Below, one piece after another: positions 22,920 through 36,666 of a DNA stretch of 64,000 bases. The notes under the pieces are model-generated. The model made no database searches, was not told the DNA's origin, and worked only from the letters and a program-made list of their open reading frames with translations. Position 1 is the first letter of the stretch; every line of letters starts with the position of its first letter. Origin of the DNA: Selaginella moellendorffii (Eukaryota; Plantae; Lycopodiophyta); assembly GCF_000143415.4 (NCBI RefSeq), contig NW_003314273.1, forward strand, positions 568,074-632,073, in the 5' to 3' direction. The position numbers and the translations under genes were made by a program.

Positions 22920-23414
22920 ATGGCGGCAGCCATGCTCTTCCCGATTTCCTCGCCCGGATTCTCTCAGTGGCGATTTGGGCGCCGCAATTTCCAAGAGCGC
23001 CACCGTAGCGTCAAGCTAAGATCGTCCAATGCGGCCCATCCAATCGCCGCCAAGGTAAAGCTCCAGCTCCAGTTAATCGATCCTTAGTTTTCTCCTCCTC
23101 TTTTTGAAGAACAACGGCCAATTGGATGGCGATCGCGCCGGGAAGGACGCCAGAGATGTCTTGGGCGGTGATCCAGCTGCTTGCTGCTCTCGGTGTGGAT
23201 CCAGTGGCTCTGTGCAGTGCTTGACATGCTCGGGGACGGGACTGTACGTGGAGTCCATTCTAGAGAGCCAAGGGATCATCGCAAAAGTCCGATGTTTGGG
23301 TAAGCCTGGGACTCTTTTCTCTTTCTCGAGGATCTATTGTCTTGTCCAATCACAGGTTGCGGTGGCGCTGGAAGAATCATGTGTCCTCAATGTGGAGGAC
23401 GATGCCATGCTTGA
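22920..23414 (+). CDS. Plastid DnaJ-like zinc-finger protein (four CxxCxGxG-type motifs, no J-domain), 3 exons
   Basis: Transit-peptide-like exon 1, then CSRCGSSG, CLTCSGTGLYVESILESQGIIAKVRCLGCGGAG, CPQCGGR. Confidence 0.85.
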
Positions 23415-23791
23415 AGATCTCCCATCTTTTTGTAAATAAACCATGGTTTTGCTAGAAATCTTCTCAAGAGATAACTATCAAGTTTTTTTCTAGCGAAGAA
23501 TAGTTTTTCGATCACAAGCTAAAGCTTGAGATAACATGGCGACGGGTGTGTCTTATCCACACCGACCACGTGGCAGCGTTGCTTCCCATAGCCTGGCTGT
23601 CTTTCGAGCGTTTAGGTGAGAGCTCGTATAAGCAAACTAGAGATCACTGCGAATATGCCCCAGATGTTAGATGAATTATTGTCAACCACAATTTCCCTTG
23701 GTCGCGGCTTCAAGATAGTGTTCTCCTTCCAAGTTTTTTCCTCTCTTCCTCTTTTTTTTTTCTTCTTTGCTTTGGTTGAAGGAAGAGGGCG

Positions 23792-25603
<1,812 letters not shown>

Positions 25604-25749
25604 TTCTCTCTTTCTCCCTGACGTGTTTCATACGTTAAACAATGGGATCTAATAAACCTAGTTTCAAATAATGTGCACTTAAATTAGAGGTCCAAGTATG
25701 ATGTTATATATTAGAAGTATTTGCCCAGCAAATGCTAAGTAGTTTACAA

Positions 25750-25850
25750 AGAGGTGGATGTGTGGAGAGTCTTCAACCGGATGCCAGATGGAGAGGCACA
25801 ACGTTGTCTCATGGACGACCCTGATGCTCAGATACGTCCAGGCGGAGCAA
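25750..25850 (+). pseudogene. Frameshifted PLS-PPR fragment
   Basis: VWRVFNRMPDGE, then after a +1 shift HNVVSWTTLMLRYVQ. This is a single isolated PPR motif. Confidence 0.6.
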
Positions 25851-26419
25851 ACACCAGCTGTGCTACTTCAGCTTCCCGTCCTTTGACAGCTCAAAGAACT
25901 CCCTTGATGCCTTCAGGTCACACATACCTTCAGGTCACTTGCATACCTTGCATCACCCACACCCGCTGCCATGGTGCCAGTCAGCTCCAAAGCTCTTCAT
26001 TTCTAGCACACTCCCTCACCAGCCTTGCCTGTGGTGCTGCTCACTCACCGCTCGCAAGTGAGTTGAAGCTGAAAGGAGGCTGGATTGTGTGCTCGACTAC
26101 CATTCTACTTGTCCCTGTTATCCCTATGAGCACCTCCTCTAGGAGCTTACAGATGTAGAGACTCTCACAGGAATGCCCACACAATTGTGTCTAAGCAAAG
26201 CAGCCATAGAGCCCTAGGAGTGCATGGTGTAACACCTGTCACCATGCCCTCTTCCCTTCCTGGCCACACGTGCATCCCTCCCATTGGCTGCCACAACATT
26301 GAGTTGATATTCCTGCTAACTATGGCCATTGGCCCTAGCCTGGGCTTGGGGTGGCCTCCCCTTCCCAAGAACTATAGCTTCTGAGGCTGCCCTAGGCCTG
26401 GGATCGGACTGTTGCAGGG

Positions 26420-29400
26420 TCTGGACCCTTTGTTCTTATTATTATAGATTATTAATGTAGTGGGATTATGATATTTAAACCATTTACTTTTTTGTATAAA
26501 TTAAAGTTTTGATCATGCACATTTTTGTATTTCAAACACTCACTTTGATGAAGGTGAGAGGCACCTTTGATTGTCCCTAAAACGCATTTAAATTTACATT
26601 TATTTAATTATATCTAGAATTTTTATTATTTAAATTTCTTAAGGCTGTTTCAAAGGAAGAGTATGTTACTCAGTCATGGATTAAAAGAAGAAAAGTTAAA
26701 GAAAATAAGTGAATACTATTTTTGAAACTTTGGACAGCAGGTTCAATGAAGAACTTAGAAACAGTGGTTTTGATCTTGGAAATGAGCTTAATGTTATAAA
26801 TGCAATCAAAAAATTAAACTCACTTGCATATGGCAAACTCCTCCCACTCTTATTACCAATTTTTGAGTTTGGCCAAATTTCTTTTATGGAAACCTAAGAA
26901 TAATATATACCACTACTTTGATCTAATTACCATCTATCATTCTTAAGACAATACTTGGTATTTGCGTAAGTTTTCCACTTTTTTTCAAGATATCTTTACA
27001 ATAGTAAAATAATTTAATGTTAACAACTTATGTGGAATTTTTAGATGTTTTCAAATGTACATTTGGATAAAAATGAACCTTAAAAAATACAATGCAATTG
27101 CTGAAAGGCATTATCACAATTATCAATATAAAACCTCTTACTTTGTATATCAAAATAGATCAAATTAGGTATGTTGTGGCTAACTCTTCATAACTTTATG
27201 AAAATTATTCATGCACTTGCTCTAAGCACCCTTAACAATGCTCTTCAACTAGTGTAATGCTATGAAATATTAAATTTTTCATTGCATGTTTTTCAACTCT
27301 CCTTCTTGTGAGGGATGGTATTATTTGTGTTCAAGGACAAGGATAAAGATGTGGTCATATCTATAGTATTCACTATTATGCCTATGACAATGTTGGTCAC
27401 ATATATTAACATTATTGACATTTCCCATATTAGTATTTTTTATGTAAGTTCTTAGTGTCAATAACATTTTATTAGTGTTATTGTAATGGAAGAATTTAAT
27501 TTTTCCTAGAAACAAGGAGTGCATGAGTAATGGAGGGCCCCTCACTTGAATAAAACAATCCCTCCATCCTTATCACAAGGCTTATTATTTTCAATATCAA
27601 CTCACTAAATGTTTACTTTTAAGCTCATTTTTATAATAGGAGCTCTTTGTGTTGATTAATATGGTTTGAGTTTATCTTTGATTGCTTAACCTATTGCTAT
27701 ACATTGTCATCTATAATTGTATTCTGTGGTGGAGGCAATTTTCATTCCCTATAATCATGCTAATTATGACTTTAAAGTCACTTGGCATGATATAAGTATA
27801 AAATGAGGAGGGAAAAGCTTAAAATTTGAGGATTTTGCTCTTTGTTTTATACTTTTCTATATCTTTTATATTCTTCTCATTTTTATTCCATTTAAAAGTT
27901 TTATTTCTACTTTTGTTTCAATCCCTTTTATGTTAGTTTTGTTTCTTATATTTTTCTTTCATGCTTTTCCATTCCCTTTAAAAATTCCATAGATGAATTT
28001 TGTGATGTAACAATCATTTGGCTCAAAAAGTACATTAATCTCTTCATGCTCTTTGACTTTGACACAAATAAGGCCCTCTTAATAATTAGTTGTAACCATC
28101 TGTGCTTTTGAAGTTAAAAATAAGCCCCAGGTACACTAAAATAAGAAAAAGGTTCTATTTTTCTATTCTCTCACCTTACAAATTCCTTCTAAATTTTCTA
28201 GTCATTTTTCCTTTGTCCTCAATCATTATTTTTTACAATATTCTTTTTAGTTTGTGATATGCATCTTCAAATTTTCTTTTGATATGAAGAACATCTTGAG
28301 GCAACTAATTAGTTTAAGTTTTTCTCTCTCTGAAAAATATTAGATTCTTCAGGTTTTAAGAAAGTCCTATTAATTCATATATATATAATCATTTGCTCAC
28401 TTTACCAAATCATAAAAGAGATTTTGGCATGAAGCCCATATCAGTCTTTAACATCAACTAGAAATTACATTACAAATCCTTATTCCTGATAAACATTAGT
28501 TTATAAAAGCATTTGAGATAAAGGAGCTATAGAAATGGAAAAAATATTAAGTTACATGCAATATATGTCAATGAATTTATTTATGTGCACTCAAACTATT
28601 GAGCTCATAAAAAAATATTAAATATGGATTATTAAGAAGAAAGAAAAGCTATCCTTGTTGACACTCAATCTAAATAGCTATTGGCAATCACTTATAAAGC
28701 CTTGGTTTATCCACTATACTTGCAATGGTGAACATTATGTTATTGTGTTTTGTGGTCTTTTTATGTTCTTGATAGAATTATTAACATTTTTTATAGAAGG
28801 TTCCAAATGTATAATAAGGATAGTGGGTAAATTAAGCATGAATGTACATAATACATTGTTTGACTCCTTATTTTACATCTAGCTTAAATTTAATCCCAAG
28901 CCCTATATATACTCATATTACGCTATTAATAGGAAAAAATAATGGTTTTATTTTACATATTTATTTTGGTGTTAGGATTAGATAGGATTATTCCACTCCA
29001 TACTTTTATTCCTTTATTCTTTAATTATATACTTAGGGATTCAATTCTGTCCCTTTGCTCAGCCCTGAAATTCAACTAGTTTATAGTTACATTATGGTAA
29101 TTCACCATATATGCTATATTTGGTATCATCTCAATGAGTACTATCCAACTAAATTGGGCAAATAATCTAATTACCTACATATAGTGAACAAAGTGGTTAC
29201 ATATTTGGTTGTAATAGCTTTGCATAAGTATTCAAGTATAGGTTTTTTTGCATACCATTTTATACCATATTGTATGAGTTTATACTTGGGTTTATTAAAT
29301 GGATTTAAGATCTACCATTTGTACAAGCTTAAGCTTGGGTTCATAAGTAAGGCACATTAGCAACTTGGTTACACTTTGAATTTGCAAAATTGATGTTAGT

Positions 29401-32350
29401 CTATAATTGATAGTTACCTATAGCTTTGTTATAAGCTAATCCATAGCTATTTAACACAGCATTAATGGATCCTTTTTAGGCATGATTATTATTAGATAAA
29501 TCAAGATTGAAGGGATTAGCCTATTAGTTTAAGTAGTCATTATTGTACTCTCTTATAAACTTTTATTAAACTGGATTATATAAGTAGTGCAAATACAAGT
29601 TTAGGGTTTAGTCAAGTTTAGTCCAAAATAAGGTCATTAGGGACAAAGGATCAAACATGTAAATCATCTTCTCTTCTTTAAAAGATGATTTGCATTATTT
29701 CATTGCTCATATTTTTATCATGTAAATGAGAGTCCCCACTTCTATATATATAAATTATAATGGTCTTATGTTGTGGAATAGATTGATAAAGTGTTAAAAA
29801 ATTTTATTTAAGCTTGCTATTGGAAATTTGAGTTAAAATGCTTAGTGTTAGATTAATTTTAAATTTGGTCAAAAGAGAGGGGTAGACACAAAAATGAAGT
29901 TGGTGATGTTATGTGTCATAAATCTCTATCAATAGAATATAGAATGTATATTATATTTTGTAGTTTGAGTTAGCACTAGGCACTACCATAAGCTTTTATA
30001 TTAGTAATACATGCTTACTTGTGATATTGTTTGATTAATGATTGAATCATTATAATTCTTATATCATATTTATATGGTCTTGCAAGTTATTTATTCAAAC
30101 AATTATCAACCCTAAAGTAGTTAATAGTGATGCTAGTCTACTTGCAAATATTAACATTATAATAGCTTTGACTAAATTTTCAATAAGTGATCCTTTATTC
30201 TAAATTAGTATTGGTACTTTAGTTTTTATTGAATTCACTCATTGGATGTTGGTAAATGTTATAACATTCATGTATTATAACTTAATAGTGCATTTGTTGG
30301 CACTTGAAGTAAGCTATTAGATAAGAAAGTTGTGTAGTTGAAGCATTAACATTACTAGCACCTATATTAGTAGAAGTGGCATTGTTATTTCAAATAATAA
30401 AGTGTTTTTCTTAAAGCTTAATTTTTCATCTATTTTTCTTATTAGTATTTTAACTTTGTATTGGATTTGAACATGATTGAAGAAGACTGTTAGTGTGATA
30501 TGAATATCAAAAGATTTGACCTTTATAATTGAGTCTTTGGTATTCACTAAGACATTTATAGATATCATTGTTGGATATTGAATATATATTATTAAATATT
30601 TATGCATATTATTGGGTCACAAGAATTTGTGTTAAAGTGAATCCATGCAATATTTTAAATAGAAGGAAGTTAGTTGAGCTTTAAGAATTTGCATTTTTGG
30701 ACTAAAAGTCATTCTTTTTTTAGGATGAAAGCTTTTTTCAGAATTGTTTTTTTACTTTTTCAATGGATGATTTCCTGATTATTTTTCTAAGAAATCATTC
30801 TATTTTTGTGAGCCATTACAAACTAGTGGAAGGGTGGGAGTTTATTTCAGTTGGTTTAGACTTTAAAAGATGGTAAAAAACAATTAAGTTTAATGCAATC
30901 TAGAGTTATAGAAAAGTGGTTGTTGCGTTTTTTCTTGAGAGGTGACTTTTATGCCTTTTTTTTTTAATATTATACTTGATAACATGTTACACTTTACATT
31001 TGGATTATAATTAATGAGAGTAGTGTGCTCTCATTGATTTTGACTTAGTATTAGATGTCTAGGTTAGTTATTTGTAGTTGAGGTATTAATACATGTATTG
31101 AAGCCTATACTATTAAAGGTTGTGTACTTATACAAGTCCATTTAATAGTCTCCTTTTTAGCTTCAGTTAAGTATTGATAATTTATAATTAGCCTCTTCAA
31201 TCATTAGAGGTATTAGTTAGATGTGTTAATAAAATTATTATTGTACAATTAGATTTGAATAGTATTGTGAAATGACTATAAGTATCAAAAGCTATTTATT
31301 AGTGAGTCCTTTCAGTTATTCTATTTTTACTGTCATAATGACAAGAGGTTGATATTGCAAGTTCCCTTTATTAATCTCTACCTAAACTAGTTAAGAAATT
31401 AATTAATACATGTTAGACCAAAAGGGCACTAAAGAAGGAAATTTTAAGGTGTCATTAATCAAGCATACTTTAAAAAATGATGAGAAATTTATATTATTTG
31501 CACGCACTCATGGTTTACACTTAGAAACCCCCACAATATTGGACTTGGTCCTTCAATATTCACTATATGATAAATTTACTATGTTTGCCAAAACACCCTT
31601 TTTATCATACCCTATGTATTGGCTTTATTCAGTCGTATTGGTTACTTATAAAAGTGTCTATATTTGTTAATTAAGTATATTTAAGAAATGTAGAAATTGT
31701 TTTATACACAATGATGTTATTCTTACCTCCAAATTTGCAATATAATGTTATTTAATATTTAGTAAGTTTTGAAGATTGTCCCAAAGACTAACACTTGGGA
31801 TTGAAGTGAAAGCATAAAGTATGCTTTCATATTTAGTAAAGGGTTTAGAGTTTAAAGATAATGGGTAGGTCAAGCACGGCAAACTAAATTAATACATTAA
31901 TGTGTTTATTTTTTTTTCTATTTGCATTAAGTCTAAGCCCAAGATGCTAATTAGTGGAGTATTCATATTTTGTGTTACACCACTAATATGCTAAAATAGC
32001 GTTAGGATGTTAAATGCTTTAAGAGTATTCAATATTTCTTGTTTCTATATATGATTAAGATTTATTTCGTGCTTTAGTTTTTTCACTCCTTAGCTATATA
32101 TTTTAGAATTTAACTCTATTTTTTCATTCAATGGCCCAAAGCCCTAAAGCTCCAGTTTTGCTTTGTTACCCTTGGCACATATGTCCAAGGGTTGGGTTCC
32201 ATTTTGTGGTTTCACTATATGATAAAAGGTGAAAAAAACATGTAGTATATTTAATTTATTTGAGTTTTGATAACTCAAATAAAATTTGTTGGACAAGATT
32301 AAAAATTAGCAATATAGATTTTAGGAATGTCAGTCTCCACTTCACCTCAC
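26420..32350. mobile_element. AT-rich, strongly CpG-depleted decayed island (probable old TE/pseudogene debris)
   Basis: No long ORFs, and only roughly ten CG dinucleotides seen by eye in ~5.9 kb. Residual splice-like junctions occur on both strands. Confidence 0.45.
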
Positions 32351-32409
32351 TCACTTTGGTTTTTTGTTTTATTTTGTAAGTGGTTTGTTGCCACTTAGAA
32401 CTTTGACCA

Positions 32410-33950
32410 TTCACCAGAAGTCTCAACATGCAGAAAGCCTAAACGCTGAAGAAACAGAGCAAGCTTGTAGAGCACAACCCAGTACGAAGATAATACCATC
32501 ATCCATGAAAGAAAGAGGTAATTTAATGAGCACATAATCCCCCATGATAAAGCACGTGAGGCACAGGCTACTGAACGCTTCCTTGGGCATCAGGCACACG
32601 TGGCATATTCAGACAGAAGCTACACAGACAAGCTACTGACTATGGACGTTCTAAGGTACTGACCCAGCGGAAAAACTCCAACCGCTCCCTCTGTAGCGGA
32701 AGATCTCCCGGGCACGTTTCCTGCTATAATTGCCTCACCCTAACACGGCCTGGAATAACAAATCCACGAGGAAGCCTGGGCAGGCCGTCAATTTCAAAGT
32801 TGAGGTAGTGCCTTGACAAAGGCTTGGACCGCAAGAGGATTCTCCTTGCTCCCATCTCCCCAACCACGCCCTACAGTGGCGTCGTGTGATCCACAATCAT
32901 GCCATCCAGAAACAGCTCACCTAGACCCCACTTCGTCTTCACGGCTATAGCAGGAAAGCAATCCCCAGCAGCCCTGTCAAAGAAGATCCTAAAGGGATCC
33001 TCCATAGAGGATTTGAAATCTTTGCCGGGCATTAGGTCAACGCATTGGCACAAGGTAGAGCGCGCTGGATGCCCGCCGGGGAGCTACGAGCCAGTGTGCG
33101 GAGCGCGCGGCTGCGATATTTCGAGGCAGTGGCTTGGAATCGATCGGGCTTCCTGCATTCAGCCTTGCCTGACACAGAGATAGATTGAAATATGGAGGTA
33201 AGCTATGTTCTTTCTTCTATCGTCTTGTTTGGCATTGTCGAAGAACTAAATGAGACTTAGAGCAGACATGCAGCTATTTCCTTCTTTTTGTGCATTATAG
33301 ACACTACCTCCTCACCGTGCACTACATTCTCCAAACTTTTTTCTTCATGGCACATCCAAAACGCTGGGTATCTCAAGGTGTTGCAACCAAGGAACCATCC
33401 AAGTAAGCATTCGTTTCTTTTCAACACACTGTTTGAACATTTTTATCTCCTTCAGTCTCTCAGCGTTGGCTGTTCTTCAATCTTATCAAAGAGGCTGCCA
33501 GCTTCATCGCTGTAGCACAAGCGTGCCACTCGTCAAAACCATGCTCTTGACTCTGGGTGCTAAAGACGGTCATTTCTAGAAATCTTAAGCCGTTTGATCA
33601 GTGAGGAGACCATCCCGCAGTTGTACACAGGTCAAGGAGCTCGTGAGGACGAGGCCTTGCACAAAATGATGGAATTTATTTTCTTGAATCTTCTATCTTC
33701 GTACAGGTACTGTCCTTAAAATTGAGTGTCGAGATCTCTTGTGGAGTTTCAACGTTCCTTCTTCAATCTTTCTTGCTGTAACTACTCACTGTCGATCTCT
33801 TTCTCGCAGGTCACAACAGATATCCATGAAAGACCTCAAGTATGTAAAGTTTTTCCAACAGACCTATTGCACGGGACACAAAAAATGCTTTCCTTTACGG
33901 TGGATCGATCCAACAGAGTAATGGCTTTCCTTTCCTCTTCCGATTGACCA
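32410..33950 (+). pseudogene. Spliced-looking degenerate gene of unknown family
   Basis: Moderate GC with several GT..AG intron-like gaps (e.g. ~32518, 32657, 33198, 33707), but the candidate exons contain stops. Confidence 0.3.
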
Positions 33951-34853
33951 CTGTGGGGCAATTCATTTTCATTCCCAGGTCTTCTGATTCCAAACACTTT
34001 ATATTCGTCAGCTGTAGTTGGCCTGGAAGGTTTGAAACTGCCTCTGTCGCAAGCTAAATTAACTTGCAGTCTTGTTTCCAGTACTCGCGAGGAATCAAAT
34101 AAACATTCTTGTAGTGATCCATCTGAAACACTGTGAGCTTTCCACAAGTAGAAGCTCTATACCAATGTCACCGCCCATTCTAGCTCGTAGTCCCTGGAGC
34201 TCTAACACTCAACCATTCCCGACGAGTGTTATCGCACAGGCTCATAGAGACACCTGTTGTCATACTCCTCGCCGCTACTTGGTGGTGAAGCACAGCTTCT
34301 TAACCTCTTGCCACGCCCATTCTACAACAGAGAAACTTTCAACTCAAGATGTTGGAATTTTTAAATGAGCACTTTCTTGCGAATATTCGAGGCCGGTTGA
34401 CTCTAGCTCATTTTTAATGTTAGACTGGATTGAAGGGTTGGCATCTCTAGAATTCATCGCGTATCTGGATGATCCACACTGATTTGGCTATATGATAAGT
34501 AAAGAGACAAAATTTCAACACCAAATATTGGTTAGTTTTTATAATAAAAAACCTAATTTATTAATTTGTGAATTTTTTTTTGGAGTGGCGATCGATCAGC
34601 TCTAACTCCAACAGGGCACTGCGGTGTTTGAGCCGATCTTTTTCAGTTCGTGTGCTCGTGATGAAAGAAGACGAATGTTGTGATCTCTTTGTAGAGCTCA
34701 TTTCTTGCATTGTAGAACGCTGGGTCTCTTTTCAATAATTAACATGTTTCACATATTTTGCTATTGATTTTTTTGCTCAACCGTGACGCTGGTAAGTCTC
34801 TCCCCTTTTATATCCCTTATATATATACTCAAGTTTATCCTAAGGCCGGAACC

Positions 34854-36580
34854 ATGGCGAATCCCTTTAGCAAGTGGAGAGAGACAGAGATCGGTGAACA
34901 GGTGCAACACGTTGTGAGAGCTTTGTTCTCTCGGTTTGGTCTGGACAACACCGAGTCTCTCAGCTTCTACCACTCGACAGCCCAGCGCGAAGTCCAAGTT
35001 TGCGATCTCAAGTGGAGAATTTGGCACCATGCCCTTCGTCACGTCCTTCAGACGACCGTCCCGGATGTTTACTTGCTCGCAATCTTCGCTGCTGACTTCT
35101 ACGAACAGCAGCTGCCTCTCTTTTCCTTTATGTTCCAGGACGTGGCAAGGATTTTCGATGACGAGGTACTAAGTGGTTTCTTATGTTTACGATCCAGAAG
35201 CTAAGGTTCCTTGCTGCAGAAGGATGGTATGATCTTCAACATAGATGCGACCGAAGAAGCACTGGCATGTATGTACATGGCCTTCTCTCTCTTTTCTTTT
35301 TGCTTTTCATTGTTACTTCTAACACGAGAAACCTTCCAGCCATGGCGGACGCAGTGGCGAAAGTCCCTTCGACTTGCATGCCACAAACAATCGTCGAGGA
35401 TGCTGCTCGGCTGTTTGACATGAGTGAGGCAGCCTGCGATGTTATACATACCTGGCTGCTACTTCAGCTTGACGGGGAGAGCTACGATCAGGCAATGGAA
35501 TGGCTGGCTGCTTTCGAGACGCGGGCTCTTGCGGACGCTGCCACTCACGCTGCACTGGTGTTTTTCGCAGAGAACTACCAGTCTCCACCGTCGGAGGAGA
35601 TAATCGAGCTGCTTGTCCCATGGCTTGATACCGTCCCAAGGATAGAGTGCAAGTCGATTGAGCTCACTGCCGCTGTCCGCCAGATGCTCGAGGTAAGTAA
35701 GCATTTGCCACTTTTCTCGATCCTCGATCTGATGCTTTTGTTTCCTAATGTTCAGGAAGTGAAACTGCGAGGCACTGACATCGAGAATGTCAGTGCTGCG
35801 ACGAGTGCTTTTGTCGAAGACTGGCTCACAAAACGTTCGCGACTTTACCGAAAACAACGATGGGACTTCCACCCGTACAGTGACGAGAGCGAGACAATGG
35901 GCCGCTTGCTCTACACCTGGACGTTGACGACGAGAGGCAAGAGTGATCACGCGGAGCTCCAGAAGCTGTGCGGGGTCACCACCAAGTCGTTCGTGGAGCA
36001 CGTCAAGTGGAGCCTCCAGGGAGCTACCGACGAGGAGGAGGAGGACAGGTGCGAGGAGCTTTACGATGCGGCAGCCAGCGTTTTCGGAGCAGCATTCCGC
36101 GGTGTCTTTGTGAGCCTGTGCGAGAACTGTCGCTGGAAGGACTCGGGAATGCTCGAGTGCTCGCTGGAAGAGCTCCAGGGGATACGAGCTAGAGCGTGGA
36201 ATGGGCGGTATCAAGTTCACAAACCTCGGCTGGAAACACGGATGAGTCAGATCAACGACATGATCATCTACCTGGTTGACGTGAGTATAGTGCTCTCTTT
36301 TGTGGAAAGCTTACGCGGTTTTCTCAGATGATCTACGAGGATCACTACAAGAACGACTATTTACTTCCTCGCGAGTACTGGAGGCAAGACTGTAAGTTAA
36401 TTAGATTGCGAGTGAGCTATCTTCAATCCTTGTGCTGATCGTGGTAACTTACTTCCAGGCCAAGATGTACTGTTTTGCAAGAACTTGGGCGTGAAACTGG
36501 AGAAAGCAGAGAAGGGCGTGTATCTCCTGGAGGATTTCATACCATTAGATTTCAAATCTATGAATGTAGCGCCTTGTTAG
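34854..36580 (+). CDS. Orphan/unknown alpha-helical protein (about 6 exons)
   Basis: ATG at 34854. Five ~50-70 nt GT-AG introns join the exons in frame to TAG at 36578-36580. No recognisable domain. Confidence 0.7.
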
Positions 36581-36666
36581 ATAGAATATGGAATGTTAGA
36601 TAAAAGATGGAATATTCTTGTTTTCCTTGATTTAGGGGTTGCTAGGGCTAGGGCAGAGAAGCAGCG

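Noticed and set aside
26113-26126. Minus strand TAGGGATAACAGGG, the first 14 nt of the I-SceI site
   Set aside because: The remaining bases differ and there is no rRNA or vector context, so I treat it as chance.
35166-35197. Apparent 32-nt intron in the orphan gene
   Set aside because: An acceptor at 35219 gives a normal 54-nt intron and a consistent frame.
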